This document shows positions 9,132-19,415 of a stretch of DNA of 64,000 nt, in pieces. The stretch comes from Flavobacteriales bacterium (lineage in GTDB: Bacteria; Bacteroidota; Bacteroidia; Flavobacteriales_F; PHOS-HE28): positions 320,687 to 384,686 of the forward strand of contig JADKHI010000002.1 in the NCBI GenBank assembly GCA_016721825.1. The letters run 5' to 3'. The translations under genes were made by a program, and so were the position numbers. Every line of letters starts with the position of its first letter. Positions within the stretch are counted from its first letter, which is position 1. The notes below the pieces were generated by a model. The model was not told the DNA's origin, ran no database searches, and was given only the letters and a program-made list of their open reading frames with translations.

Positions 9132-10158
9132 AGGCCTCGCGGTCCAACCGGTCAAAGGTCTTCCAGCCGAGGATGAAGCGATCGTAGGCCACGCTGCGGC
9201 GGTACTGGCCGGTAAGGTCCGTGTGGCGGTCCAGTGTTTTCAGGCGCTTGCGCTCGCGGAGCAGACGGGGTAGTCGGCTCACGAAATGGCGGTGCGCACG
9301 GCCCACTTCCCAGGCGTGCGAGGCGTGGCCTTCGACAAGGAATTTCAATGCGGCGCAGTCATCCAGGAAGAAACGGCGCAGGATCCGCATGGGCAGCCAG
9401 CCCCGGTGCAGGTTCTTGGTAAGGACGATGAGGCTGTTGCGGAAGTTCAGGTAGGTCTTGCGCGGGCTGCCGTAGCCGAGTGCGCCACCGCCGACATGGT
9501 ACACCGTGGTGGCCGCAGTGTACCCGATGTGCCAGCCTTGACGGCGCAACCGCCAGCACAGGTCGATCTCCTCCATGTGGGCGAAGAGCGAATCATCGAA
9601 ACCGTCCGCTGCCTGGAAGGCCTTGGCCCGGATCATTAGGCATGCGCCGGTGGCCCAGAACACCTCCAGCTCGTCGTCGTACTGACCTTGGTCCTGCTCG
9701 GTGATCTCGAAGATGCGCCCGCGGCAGAAGGGATAGCCATTGCGGTCGATGAAGCCACCGGCCGCACCGGCATGTTCAAAGCGATCGCGCTGGCCATGAC
9801 TGAGCACCTTGGGCTGGCAGGCCGCCATTTCCGGGTGCCGCTCCAGGTAGCCGCGCAAGGCCGGCACCCAGCCGGGCATCACCTCCACATCACTGTTCAA
9901 GAGGACATAGAACTCGGCGTCCACATGTTTCAGGGCCTCATTATAACCACCCGCAAAGCCGAGGTTCGTGTCGTTCCGAACCACCTTCACGTTCGTGAAC
10001 CGGCTCTGGATCCACGCCACAGAGCCATCCGTGGAGCCATTGTCCGCCACGATCACGTCCGCGTCGGCACCTGTCGCAGCGACAACGTTGGGTAGGAAAC
10101 GTTCCAGCCATTGCTGGCCGTTCCAGTTGAGAATGACGACGGCGGTGTGGTGGCCCAT
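9115..10158 (-). CDS. glycosyltransferase family 2
   Basis: VVILNWNG...ADNGSTDGS...LNSDVEV pattern. ATG at 10158. The 3' end overlaps aroQ convergently by 17 nt. Confidence 0.8.
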   Translation of the reverse strand: MGHHTAVVILNWNGQQWLERFLPNVVAATGADADVIVADNGSTDGSVAWIQSRFTNVKVVRNDTNLGFAGGYNEALKHVDAEFYVLLNSDVEVMPGWVPALRGYLERHPEMAACQPKVLSHGQRDRFEHAGAAGGFIDRNGYPFCRGRIFEITEQDQGQYDDELEVFWATGACLMIRAKAFQAADGFDDSLFAHMEEIDLCWRLRRQGWHIGYTAATTVYHVGGGALGYGSPRKTYLNFRNSLIVLTKNLHRGWLPMRILRRFFLDDCAALKFLVEGHASHAWEVGRAHRHFVSRLPRLLRERKRLKTLDRHTDLTGQYRRSVAYDRFILGWKTFDRLDREAFTRRG

Positions 10159-10202
10159 GTGGCTCGGGGACCGCAAAAATGCGCGTTCCCGGTCAACCGG
10201 CG

Positions 10203-11657
10203 TCAGCGAGGTGTTTCGTAGAACTCCAGCGCGCGTTCCCCGCTCATGGTATTCACCTTCTGCGGGTCCACATTGTTCATGCTGTTGTTGCGCGAGTGGA
10301 GGATCTCGTTCCACCGGGAGTTCTGCACTTCGCCGGGCACTTCACTGTTGAGCAGTTCGTAGCAATCGCCCACCAGTTCGCGCTGGTAGAACACAAAGCG
10401 GCGGTTGGTGTACTTGCCGGCGCGGTAGTAGTGCCAGATCTGGTAGGGGTAGGCGTCCATCTCGTTCGCTCGGTCCATAATGGTGTTGGGCGCGCCGTAC
10501 TTCAGGTGCACATAGCCCCGGTCGGTGTCGAAGCCGCGGATGTTTCGGCAGCCGTAGAGCTTGTTCACCTTCACTACCTCGCGGGCGTAGCGTTCCCAAG
10601 CGGCCTGGGCATCAGGCCCGTTCTTGTTGTACCAGAAGGTGTACATGAAGCGCTTCATCAGCTCAATGTCCTTGTCCTTATACCGGTCGTCGATGATCTT
10701 CCGCTCCAAGTTGCTGGAAATGGGCCGCAGGCTGCGCAACGCGTCCGCCAACGTATCCGCATCGGTGAACACGTCGACGAACGTGTGCCCCAGTGGCGTA
10801 TCGTCCGTCAGGCTGAACTCGATGGGGTTGTTGCGCTGGATCATCTGCTCGCCCCGACCCAGCAGGGCGCCGTTGCGGTCGCGCGCTTCCATGGCGAGCA
10901 CATAGTTGCCGCTGGGCAGGGGGGCGATGTCGAACTGGGCCAGCACAGGGCTCACTTCAGCCGCCCGGATACGGGACACTTTCTTGTAGGCCCCGACCAC
11001 CTCGTGGTTCTCGTAGCTCTCCAACTGGTAGCTCAGCAGGTACATACTATCCCCTTTCAGCGCCAGCGGGGCGTTGTACACCTCCGCGTAGAAGGCCAAG
11101 CTTTTGACCTCAGAAGGGTAGTAGATGCTGGTGAAGGGAAGCACCTCGTAACCACTGCGGGACACCTTGGGGTCGGTGGACCTGTTCACTTGGGAAGCGA
11201 GGAGCACGTCGCTGAAGAACAAGCCTTCCGGTGTAGATCCGATCGGCAGGGGAAGGCGGATGCGCGAAGCGGTCGAATCACCGCTCACCAGGTCACGCAG
11301 CTCGATGGAAAGGCCGTGTTCACCGGGTTGCAGAAGAAAGCTCTCTTGGTGGATGAAGTCAGGATGCAAGCTGTCGGTGCGCTCGGGGCCGTTCACTACG
11401 GATTTTCGGAAGTCGGCGATGGCGCCATTCTTCTCGATGATGGTGATGGCCTCGATCCTGGCCTGTTGGAAGCCACGTTCATTGGCCCCCATGGTCACCG
11501 AGCCGCCGAGCATGGAGATGATCACGTCGACCCGTTCCCCTTGTCCCGGCACATGGAACACCTTGGTCTCCACGATGGCATCCGGCCCACCTTGGGCATG
11601 GAGCATGGACCCGAGCAAGAGCGCCGGGATCAGGGTTGGAAGGGTGCGCATCCTCAT
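10203..11657 (-). CDS. GWxTD domain-containing secreted protein
   Basis: Signal peptide ...LGSMLHAQ. C-terminal [17 protein letters not shown] matches the GWxTD signature with W replaced by F. Confidence 0.7.
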   Translation of the reverse strand: MRMRTLPTLIPALLLGSMLHAQGGPDAIVETKVFHVPGQGERVDVIISMLGGSVTMGANERGFQQARIEAITIIEKNGAIADFRKSVVNGPERTDSLHPDFIHQESFLLQPGEHGLSIELRDLVSGDSTASRIRLPLPIGSTPEGLFFSDVLLASQVNRSTDPKVSRSGYEVLPFTSIYYPSEVKSLAFYAEVYNAPLALKGDSMYLLSYQLESYENHEVVGAYKKVSRIRAAEVSPVLAQFDIAPLPSGNYVLAMEARDRNGALLGRGEQMIQRNNPIEFSLTDDTPLGHTFVDVFTDADTLADALRSLRPISSNLERKIIDDRYKDKDIELMKRFMYTFWYNKNGPDAQAAWERYAREVVKVNKLYGCRNIRGFDTDRGYVHLKYGAPNTIMDRANEMDAYPYQIWHYYRAGKYTNRRFVFYQRELVGDCYELLNSEVPGEVQNSRWNEILHSRNNSMNNVDPQKVNTMSGERALEFYETPR

Positions 11658-11761
11658 GAGCCAAAGATAACCCCGAAGCAGGGCGGGGCTGTCCCGTTGC
11701 CTGCGCGTGAATGGCCGTTCCTGACCAGCTAGCTACATTCGCGCCGCTTCCACGCACCAAA

Positions 11762-11849
11762 GGAGAGGTGGCAGAGTGGTCGATCGCGGCGGTCTTGAAA
11801 ACCGCTTTACCTACGGGTAACGGGGGTTCGAATCCCTCCCTCTCCGCCA
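11762..11849 (+). tRNA. tRNA-Ser: tRNA-Ser (anticodon UGA), encoded CCA
   Basis: Acceptor GGAGAGG/CCTCTCC; anticodon stem GCGGT/ACCGC with loop CTTGAAA; long variable arm TTACC-TACG-GGTAA; T-arm GGGGG-TTCGAAT-CCCTC; discriminator G then CCA. Confidence 0.9.
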
Positions 11850-11854
11850 GTATT

Positions 11855-11876
11855 GAAGCCGCCCGAGGGGCGGCTT
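11855..11876 (+). terminator. hairpin after tRNA-Ser (GAAGCCGCC-CGAG-GGCGGCTTC)
   Basis: 9-bp perfect stem 6 nt after the tRNA. Only a weak T tract follows. Confidence 0.4.
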
Positions 11877-11995
11877 CGTTCCTTCGGACGGCCCTGTGCT
11901 TGCACAATGGGTCGTCTGAAGGAACGAAGGATCGCGCGCAGCGCGATCGGCTTCAACGCTGTAGCCTCCCCCCAACGGGAAAGCGCGCCACGCGC

Positions 11996-12009
11996 AATCC
12001 CTCCCTCTC
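11996..12009 (+). repeat. 14-nt direct repeat of the tRNA-Ser 3' end (AATCCCTCCCTCTC, identical to 11831-11844)
   Basis: Exact match read directly. It lies 165 nt downstream of the tRNA copy, in a 273-nt non-coding gap. Confidence 0.7.
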
Positions 12010-12122
12010 GTTCGAACGACACTCTCAACCTGTGCATCATCTGTGGACGTCGGCGGTCGAATGGGGCCCAAGATCCCTCATTTTCGTCCCATACACCTTC
12101 GCCGAAGCCTTCGGCGTGAACC

Positions 12123-12899
12123 ATGCGCCTCACTTTCCTCGGCTCCGGCACCAGTCAAGGAGTGCCAATCATCGGGTGCGACTGTGCTGTTTGCACGAGC
12201 CCTGATCCGCGCGATCAGCGGCTTCGGGTGAGCGTGCTGGTGGAGACCCAGGGCAAGCGGCTGTTGATCGATGCTGGTCCGGACATGCGCCAGCAACTGT
12301 TACGCGCCAAGGTGAAGGACCTGGATGCGGTGCTGATCACCCACGCGCACATGGACCACATCGGTGGCATGGACGACCTGCGGGCGATCAGCTTCCTGCA
12401 CGAACCGCCTCGCCCGGTGCCCATCTACGCCGATGCCGCGACCACGGACTCCGTGAAGCACATGTACCACTACGCCTTCGGACCGGGCAAGTACCCGGGC
12501 GTACCGGAGTTCGACATGCGGCTGATCACGCGGGACGCCTTCACGGTGGCCGGTATCGACGTGCTTCCGGTGGAAGTGATGCACATGCAGATGCCTGTGC
12601 TGGGTTTCCGGATCGGAGGACTGGCCTACATTACCGATGCGAAGTCCATCACCCCCAAGGAACGGGAGAAGCTCCATGGCTTGGACGTTCTGGTGCTGAA
12701 CGCGCTGCGCAAGGCGGAGCACTATTCCCACCTGAACCTCGACCAAGCGCTCGAACTGGTGCGTGAATTGAAGCCCCGCCAAGCTTACTTCACCCACATC
12801 AGCCATTGGATGGGGATGCACGCCGAGGTCCAAATGGAACTCCCCCCTAACGTTTTCCTGGCCTATGATGGGCTGGTGGTGGACATCCAAGAAGGGTAG
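12123..12899 (+). CDS. MBL-fold metallo-hydrolase (PhnP-like)
   Basis: HAHMDHIGG (HxHxDH) motif, about 258 aa. Confidence 0.75.
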   Translation: MRLTFLGSGTSQGVPIIGCDCAVCTSPDPRDQRLRVSVLVETQGKRLLIDAGPDMRQQLLRAKVKDLDAVLITHAHMDHIGGMDDLRAISFLHEPPRPVPIYADAATTDSVKHMYHYAFGPGKYPGVPEFDMRLITRDAFTVAGIDVLPVEVMHMQMPVLGFRIGGLAYITDAKSITPKEREKLHGLDVLVLNALRKAEHYSHLNLDQALELVRELKPRQAYFTHISHWMGMHAEVQMELPPNVFLAYDGLVVDIQEG

Positions 12900-12974
12900 C
12901 CCATTTTCAAGGGGGCCAACGGTGGTCCGAACCGTTTCCTTCACCATCTTGTTCCTCCTGAACAACGAACCCCT

Positions 12975-15929
12975 ATGCGCTCCACCGTACTCTTCGCTTC
13001 CACCCTCACCTTCTGCGCGCTCTCCGCGCAGGCCCAGCGCGCCGTCCCAAGGGCGGAACGCCTGGAAGTGACCTTCATCAAGGATGCCCAACGACCACCG
13101 GACGATACTTGGCAGAGCACCTTGCGTGCCCGCTCCGCCTGGCGCCAGTTCGTAGCCGCGAACCCCTCCTGGACCGTGGAGTTCAACGAGGCCAACGGGC
13201 TTCCGCACCGCGCCTTTGGTCGACCGATCCCTTCAGCGGGGGCCACCCCGGCGGCTCAGGCCCAAGCCTTCCTTGCCGGACAGCTCGCTGCTTTCGGGCT
13301 GCCCTTGGATGAGCTTCAAGTGAAGCACGTATCGTCGACCACCAAGTACCACTTCGTGCATTTCAACCAGCTGCATCAAGGAGTGGAGGTGCTCTTCGGC
13401 CACGTGGTGGTGAAGCTGGACCAACAAGGGCGCGTGGTGCAGTTCGGACTGGACGCCTATCCGGGAATTGAGACCGCGATGTCGCCGATGATGGATGGCA
13501 CGACGGCCGGCAACGCGGCCACGACCGGACTATCCCAAGTGACCACGGTGGAACATCAAGGCATTCGCATTCTACCCCTGCCCGTGTGGCACGGCGTGGA
13601 GCATCGCCTCGTGCACGAGGTCACGGTGCGCACCTCGGAGGTCGGGCAACCTGGTCGCTGGCTGTGCTGGGTGGATGATGCGACAGGTGAATTGCTGTAC
13701 CGTCAGAACTTGATCATCAACCATGCACCGGACAAGGATGAGGACGTGGGCGCCGATATTCAAGTGAACAGCACTGTCTACACCTCGAATCAGCAGACGC
13801 CTTCCTCCGTGGAGGCCATGCCCGATGTTGACATCACCGTGGGTGGGCAACCCTTCACCGTGGATGGTGGTGGCTTCGTAGGTTCCGGTGTTTCCGGACC
13901 CACATCCTTCACCATGGAACTGTCCGGCACCTGGTCGCGAGTGGTACGTTTCGGTACCACTGCCACGGTCACCGGCACCTTACAGGACGGCCCGAACGTG
14001 GTCAGCTTTGACAATGTCGCCACGATCCAAGAGCGCAGCGCATACCGTTACGTCAGCATGGTACACAACCACGCCAAGGATGTGCTTCCCACGTTCACCG
14101 GCATGGACTTCCAGCTTCCCACGAACGTGGATGTGAGCGGGGGCACATGCAACGCTTTCTATGACGGGTCTTCCATCAACTTCTACGCGGAAGGCGGTGA
14201 CTGCTTCTCGATGGCCAACATCTCCGAAGTGGTGTGGCATGAATACGGCCACGGCATCAACGACAACTTCTACCAGGACAACGGTGGTTTCTTCCAGAAC
14301 GGAGGGATGGGAGAAGGCTACGCGGATTTCTGGGCGTTCAGCCTTTCGGAGGATCCGGTAATGGCAGCGGGCTATAACATGATCACGCCGAACGAGCCGA
14401 TCCGACGCTATGATGTGGACCGGAAGATCTATCCGGTGGACCTTACGGGTGAAGTGCACGCGGACGGTGAGATCATCGCAGGTGCGTGGTGGGACACGTA
14501 TCTGCTATTGGGCAACGACATGACCTTGACCGAGTCGCTTTTTGCCGAGGCTTATCCGGGGCTTCAGGCTTCGGTGCCGAACGGACAGGAAGGGCAGGCT
14601 TTCCGGGATGTGCTCCTGGACGTGCTTCAAGCGGACGATACCGATGGTGACCTGACGAATGGAACACCCAACGGGCTCGCCATCGTGGAAGGATTCGCTT
14701 TGCACGGCATCACGCTGATCAGTGGTTTCGACCTGTTGCACACCCCTCTAGCGGACCAGAACGAGAACACGGGCATCACGATCACCGCACAATCCACGGT
14801 CACGTTCCCGTATACCCAGTATATGGACGGCGTGCAGTTGAACTACCGGATCAATACAGGCACTTGGGTCTCCACGGTGATGACCAACACCGGCGGAAGC
14901 AACTATTCAGCTACCATTCCCGGCCAACCGGAAGGCACCGTGATCGCCTACTACTTGGGCATGCTCGATCTCAACCAGGAGCTGAGCGGCGTGCAGCCCA
15001 TCGGTGCAGCGGAGCCAGACCCCAACGTACCCTATTACATCCTGGTAGGCTTCGCGCTGGAGGGCACAGAGGACCTTGACTTCAACAGCCAGGTCGGTAA
15101 CTGGACCCCAGGACAGCCGGGTGACAACAACACCACCGGTACTTGGGAGATCGCGATCCCGATCGCCTCATTGAGCACCGTGGACAACAGCGAGATCCAA
15201 CCGGGCGACCAGCATACACCAGGCGGCGAACTTTGTTTCGTGACCGGCAACTCCACCAACACCACCTCACCAGGCGATAACGATGTGGATGGCGGACGCA
15301 CGACCTTGCAGAGCGGGCCGATCGATCTGTCGTCCTATGTGAACCCCACCTTCACCTACTTCCGCTGGTACACGAACAGCCCTCCCGGTGGCGCGAACCC
15401 AGGTGCGGACTGGTGGCAGGTGCAGATCACCAACGATAACCAGAACTGGATCCCGGTGGAGAACACGATGAGCAGCGACCGCAGCTGGCGTCGAGTGGCC
15501 TTCCGCGTGCAGGATTACGTGACCCCGAACGCCACGGTACGCATCCGCATGGTCGCTTCGGATAGCACCCGTGCAGGCCAGTACCTCGATGGCGGAAGCT
15601 TGATCGAAGCGGCCGTGGATGATATCCAGCTGTGGGATAACAACGGCAACATCGGCATCGGAGAGGCCGCTACGATCTCCTTTACCTCGGTCCACCCGAA
15701 CCCGGCGAACGATGTATTGAACGTGTCCATTGCGCTGAAAGGAGCGAAGGGCTTGCGTTGGCAGGTGATCGACGCGAGCGGTCGCCTTGCCATGGACCGC
15801 TTTGTGGGTGACCGTAGCGGCGAGGTACGTGATCGCTTGGATGTGAGCGCCTTGGCCGAAGGTGCCTATGTCCTCCGTGCCACTTGGACCGGCGGCAGCG
15901 CCGAGCAACGCTTCACGGTCGTGCGCTGA
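12975..15929 (+). CDS. secreted zinc metalloprotease (M36/fungalysin-like) with T9SS C-terminal sorting domain
   Basis: Signal peptide; VVWHEYGHGIND (HExxH) followed by GMGEGYADFWA; C-terminal VHPNPANDVLNVSI...YVLRATW...FTVVR, a T9SS CTD-like pattern. Confidence 0.8.
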   Translation: MRSTVLFASTLTFCALSAQAQRAVPRAERLEVTFIKDAQRPPDDTWQSTLRARSAWRQFVAANPSWTVEFNEANGLPHRAFGRPIPSAGATPAAQAQAFLAGQLAAFGLPLDELQVKHVSSTTKYHFVHFNQLHQGVEVLFGHVVVKLDQQGRVVQFGLDAYPGIETAMSPMMDGTTAGNAATTGLSQVTTVEHQGIRILPLPVWHGVEHRLVHEVTVRTSEVGQPGRWLCWVDDATGELLYRQNLIINHAPDKDEDVGADIQVNSTVYTSNQQTPSSVEAMPDVDITVGGQPFTVDGGGFVGSGVSGPTSFTMELSGTWSRVVRFGTTATVTGTLQDGPNVVSFDNVATIQERSAYRYVSMVHNHAKDVLPTFTGMDFQLPTNVDVSGGTCNAFYDGSSINFYAEGGDCFSMANISEVVWHEYGHGINDNFYQDNGGFFQNGGMGEGYADFWAFSLSEDPVMAAGYNMITPNEPIRRYDVDRKIYPVDLTGEVHADGEIIAGAWWDTYLLLGNDMTLTESLFAEAYPGLQASVPNGQEGQAFRDVLLDVLQADDTDGDLTNGTPNGLAIVEGFALHGITLISGFDLLHTPLADQNENTGITITAQSTVTFPYTQYMDGVQLNYRINTGTWVSTVMTNTGGSNYSATIPGQPEGTVIAYYLGMLDLNQELSGVQPIGAAEPDPNVPYYILVGFALEGTEDLDFNSQVGNWTPGQPGDNNTTGTWEIAIPIASLSTVDNSEIQPGDQHTPGGELCFVTGNSTNTTSPGDNDVDGGRTTLQSGPIDLSSYVNPTFTYFRWYTNSPPGGANPGADWWQVQITNDNQNWIPVENTMSSDRSWRRVAFRVQDYVTPNATVRIRMVASDSTRAGQYLDGGSLIEAAVDDIQLWDNNGNIGIGEAATISFTSVHPNPANDVLNVSIALKGAKGLRWQVIDASGRLAMDRFVGDRSGEVRDRLDVSALAEGAYVLRATWTGGSAEQRFTVVR

Positions 15930-15949
15930 TCAGCATCTCTGTTCATGGC

Positions 15950-15980
15950 GAAGGCCCTTCGGATCTTCCGGAGGGCTTTC
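15950..15980. terminator. bidirectional hairpin between convergent genes
   Basis: 14-bp stem (two G-U wobbles) GAAGGCCCTTCGGA-tct-TCCGGAGGGCTTTC, between the stops at 15929 (+) and 16001 (-). Confidence 0.5.
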
Positions 15981-16000
15981 GTCGTTCAGAGATAAGGTCA

Positions 16001-16687
16001 TCATCTAGCGAGGGACCGCTTCAAGCTCTCACGCACAAGGAGCGCAAGGTCTTTGGGGAACTTGCCATTCACGAGATGGCCCTGGTTCACCTCCAGTTCG
16101 ATGCCTGCGTAGTGTGTGGGGTGCAGCTTGCGCAGGTAGGTAGGCAAGCCGTCCGCCTTGCCGAGATACGGTCGATTCATCCGAACCTCAACGGTCGGGT
16201 CGATGGCCAGCATCGTGTCGCGCCAACGTAGGGCCCATTGCTTCTCGATCCTTCGGGACGGGTCGTAGAGCAAGCCGATGTCGAGCGTACGCACTTCACT
16301 GTTCAAGACCGGGGTGAAGGAGTGCACAGCCACATGCATCACCGTTTCGCGCTTGGTCGCCCACTTCGCGACCTGCTCTTCGACAGCGGCGCGGTAGGGT
16401 AGGTAGTAGCGCCCTAGCAGCGTCTTCCGTTCCGTCAATGGCAATGGCTTCGTGTAGCGGGAGAAGAGGGCAGGATGATGAGGAGAGCGGTTCAATTCCA
16501 CAAGCAGGCGGCTGGTGGTGCTGTGGAAGTGCGCGTCGGCATCCGCCTTCAGCCGTTCGAACAGGCCCAAGGCCCCGGGGTCCCAGCCGCGATGGCTGTG
16601 CAAGACCGCATCAGCATCCTTGAACAAGGGGCGGTAGATGGTCGGCACCTTGTTCCCGCCATGCTCACAGGTCAGCAACAACTTCAT
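16001..16687 (-). CDS. N-formylglutamate amidohydrolase (FGase) family protein
   Basis: CEHGGNKVP, HRGWDPGA, VELNR and VHSFTP motifs. The ATG at 16687 overlaps the upstream stop (ATGA). The track's longer N-terminus is an out-of-context extension. Confidence 0.75.
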   Translation of the reverse strand: MKLLLTCEHGGNKVPTIYRPLFKDADAVLHSHRGWDPGALGLFERLKADADAHFHSTTSRLLVELNRSPHHPALFSRYTKPLPLTERKTLLGRYYLPYRAAVEEQVAKWATKRETVMHVAVHSFTPVLNSEVRTLDIGLLYDPSRRIEKQWALRWRDTMLAIDPTVEVRMNRPYLGKADGLPTYLRKLHPTHYAGIELEVNQGHLVNGKFPKDLALLVRESLKRSLAR

Positions 16688-17919
16688 TCGAAGGGGCGGT
16701 CGTCCTGTAGGCAGGTGGCCAGCTCCGTGTAGACCTCGATGATCCTCTCGCGAGAAGGTTCCTTGCCTGTGCGCGCGAGAATGCGGGAGGCCAGGCAGCC
16801 GTGTTGAAGGATGTGGCTGATGCCGCGCTGGGCGTTCTCGCTCAGCTCGCTGCGTAGCTCGTTGAACAGGTGTTCCCAGAGCTTGCCAGCCGTCATGCGG
16901 TCCTCCTTCAGCACACCGAACATGATCAGGAACTCCTTGTTGGAGATCACCGACTTGCCCGCATCCTTGATCACTTGCAGGAAGATGGGCAGCAGGTCGG
17001 TCTCGCTCCAGGCACGCTGCAGGTAATTGCTCACCCAACGGCCCTTCACCATGGCGCGGCAGACGGCCACGATCAGCTCGGCGATGGCCAGGTCCATCGA
17101 GGGGCACTCCTGAATGTCGATGACGCGGATCTCAATGGCGCCCCGGTCGAAGCGTGCGATGGCGCCGCGCGAGTTCGCGAAGTGGTGGTCCATCACATGT
17201 TCGGTGTCGAACGGCGCGAGCGCTTGCGCGATGGGGCTGAAGATGGCGCGGTAATAATCCTCCTGGCTGAACACGGCCTCGGGGATCAAGGATCCCATCA
17301 GCTCGGGCAGCTTCTCCTGGTGGTGCAAGTAGGCCTCCATGCGGCCGTCGAGGAAACCGGTGGTCTTGCCGTCAAGGAGGGGGGAGCTGGCGCTGAGCGC
17401 GGGGATGATGGGCAGCACCATGCGGATGGCTGCGTGCAGCTTGCCGAACTCCTCATCGTTGGCAAAGGGAAGGTTGAGGTGTGTGCTCTGCAGATTGCTC
17501 CAGCCATGGCCGCGGCAATCGAAGATGCGGTTGTACAAGGCGTATACCTCGTTGTAGTCGTGCGGCCAGATCACGGTCTCGGTGAAGGGATCCATGAAAG
17601 GGTGTGCGGCCGTGGGCAGCAGCATGCGCCCCCGCTTGGCCAACTGGGCGTTGATGGCCTTCACCTCACTGGCGAACTTCTTCTGGAAGGAGGGGATCTT
17701 GCGGGTGGGCTTGGCGGTCTTCAGTTCCACCACGTGGCTCACCAGCTCGTTGCTCCATTCCACATCCCCGCGTTCCACATCACCGGTGATCGCGCCGGTA
17801 ACGTCCTTGAAAAGTTCATCCACCGTGGGGCTGACCTGCAGGGTCTCTCGGTCAACCACCATGTACTCCAGTTCGATGCCAGTGACCTCGAACAGCTTGA
17901 ATTTCTTCGGGGCGCTCAT
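16684..17919 (-). CDS. carboxylate-amine ligase, glutamate-cysteine ligase family 2 (GCS2/YbdK-like)
   Basis: GIELEYMVVD and SHVVELKT motifs. The ATG at 17919 overlaps the upstream stop (ATGA). Confidence 0.75.
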   Translation of the reverse strand: MSAPKKFKLFEVTGIELEYMVVDRETLQVSPTVDELFKDVTGAITGDVERGDVEWSNELVSHVVELKTAKPTRKIPSFQKKFASEVKAINAQLAKRGRMLLPTAAHPFMDPFTETVIWPHDYNEVYALYNRIFDCRGHGWSNLQSTHLNLPFANDEEFGKLHAAIRMVLPIIPALSASSPLLDGKTTGFLDGRMEAYLHHQEKLPELMGSLIPEAVFSQEDYYRAIFSPIAQALAPFDTEHVMDHHFANSRGAIARFDRGAIEIRVIDIQECPSMDLAIAELIVAVCRAMVKGRWVSNYLQRAWSETDLLPIFLQVIKDAGKSVISNKEFLIMFGVLKEDRMTAGKLWEHLFNELRSELSENAQRGISHILQHGCLASRILARTGKEPSRERIIEVYTELATCLQDDRPFE

Positions 17920-19415
17920 GCCTTGATGCTCGTTTTGCCCATGGTGGGCGTGATGCCGATGCGGCGCTCGATGGTGCGCTTCATCGATCCAATGATCTTT
18001 CGGTACAGTTCGTCGCCCAGGGCCACATCCTCCACGCCGTGGTCGATGTTCGGGCATTCGTTCACTTCGATCACATAGGGTTTGCCGGCCACCTCCTTGA
18101 TGTCCACGCCGAAGAGACCCTGATCACCGACGATGGCTTTCACAGCATGCACGGCCGCATCGATGATCTCCTTCGCACACTCATGCACATGCATCGTGGC
18201 GAAGTCGCCGCTCTGGTGCTTCTTGGTGTCGCTGCCCCAGTTGTAGATCTGCCAGTGGCCACGCGCCATGAAGTACTTGCAGGCGTATAAAGGCTCACCG
18301 TCCAACACGCCGATACGCCAGTCGAAGTCGCTGGGCATGTATTCCTGTGCGATCACCAGATCGCTCTCATCGAGCAGCTCATCCAGCTTCAGCACCAGCT
18401 CTTCGGGGGTCTTGGCCTTGGTGACACCGCGGCTGAAGGTGCTGTCGGGCAGCTTCAGCACCACCGGCAATCCGAAGCGTTCGGCCACCTCATGTCGGTT
18501 CTCGCTGTGTACGATCATGGTGCGGGGGCTGGGCACCGCGTTGGCCTCCATCACCTCGGCGAGGTAGACCTTATTGTTGCACTTCAGGATCGCGTCCGGT
18601 GCGTCCATCACGGCCAGCCCTTCCTTCTGGGCTTTGCGCGCGAAGCGGTAGGTGTGGTCGTTCACGTGCGTGTTCTCCCGGATCAGCAGGGCATCGTACT
18701 GGCCAAGCCGATCAATGTCGTTCGGACCGATGATATCGACAGCGAAGCCCATCTGCTCGGCGGCCTGCCGGAACTTCACGATCGCGCGCTTGTTGCTCGG
18801 GGCTGCCTTGTCCTCGGGGTTCACCAAGATCGCCAGATCGTACTGGCTACGGTCCTCGCGGGCCTTGTCGTAGCGTTTCTTGGCGAAGTACTCCTTGGCG
18901 AAGTGCCGCACATGGGGGAGGTGGTCCTCGGGGATCTCGTTGTAGGGAATGGCCCGCATGCCGCGCAGCTCCCACTTCTCACCCTTCACAAAGCGGGCGC
19001 GAAGGAGCGGCGCTTGGAAAACCTTGTAGAGCTCGTGCGCCAGACGGTCGTACTTGCGGTTCACGTTGCGCCCGAAGTAGATGCTGAAGATGAACTCGTC
19101 CTTGACCTTCTCGCTGAGGCTTTGTTGGATCACTTCGTCAAGGTCGCGTGACAGCACCTTCACCAAGCTCGGGTTCTTCAGATCGAGGATGGTCTTGGCA
19201 TCGGGGATCACCTTCTGCCCACGCGCTTCGGCCAGGAGGCTCACATAGTAACCGCGGCTCTGGTAACTATAGCTGCGCGCGAGGTTGAAGATGCGCACGT
19301 TGGAGATCGCAGCGTATACGGGATCGGTCAAGTAGTCCTTGCTGGACACCACTTCCACCCCCTTCACGCCCAGGTTGAAGGTGCTCGGGTCTCGGACCAC
19401 GATGATCTTTCTCAT
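17916..19415 (-). CDS. RimK-type ATP-grasp ligase with about 200-aa N-terminal extra domain
   Basis: C-terminal half resembles RimK (VVLKLPDSTFSRGV..., VIAQEYM, VIEVNECPN). N-terminal MRKIIVVRDP...SYSYQSRGYYVSLLAEARG domain. The ATG at 19415 overlaps the upstream stop. Confidence 0.75.
   Translation of the reverse strand: MRKIIVVRDPSTFNLGVKGVEVVSSKDYLTDPVYAAISNVRIFNLARSYSYQSRGYYVSLLAEARGQKVIPDAKTILDLKNPSLVKVLSRDLDEVIQQSLSEKVKDEFIFSIYFGRNVNRKYDRLAHELYKVFQAPLLRARFVKGEKWELRGMRAIPYNEIPEDHLPHVRHFAKEYFAKKRYDKAREDRSQYDLAILVNPEDKAAPSNKRAIVKFRQAAEQMGFAVDIIGPNDIDRLGQYDALLIRENTHVNDHTYRFARKAQKEGLAVMDAPDAILKCNNKVYLAEVMEANAVPSPRTMIVHSENRHEVAERFGLPVVLKLPDSTFSRGVTKAKTPEELVLKLDELLDESDLVIAQEYMPSDFDWRIGVLDGEPLYACKYFMARGHWQIYNWGSDTKKHQSGDFATMHVHECAKEIIDAAVHAVKAIVGDQGLFGVDIKEVAGKPYVIEVNECPNIDHGVEDVALGDELYRKIIGSMKRTIERRIGITPTMGKTSIKA

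Noticed and set aside
10179-11732. 517-aa plus-strand ORF
   Set aside because: It is antisense to the GWxTD gene, which has a signal peptide and a family motif. Its H/V/G/L/A/R-rich composition is typical of antisense frames in high-GC DNA, and I recognise no motif in it.
12300-13208. 302-aa minus-strand ORF
   Set aside because: It is antisense to the MBL hydrolase (HxHxDH motif) and runs through the intergenic gap into the metalloprotease start.
16688-17107. Long N-terminal extension of the FGase-family ORF (368 aa in the track)
   Set aside because: The extension is Arg/Pro/Gly-rich and lies inside the GCS2 coding region in another frame. The family-typical start MKLLLTCEHGG at 16687 forms an ATGA overlap with the GCS2 stop.
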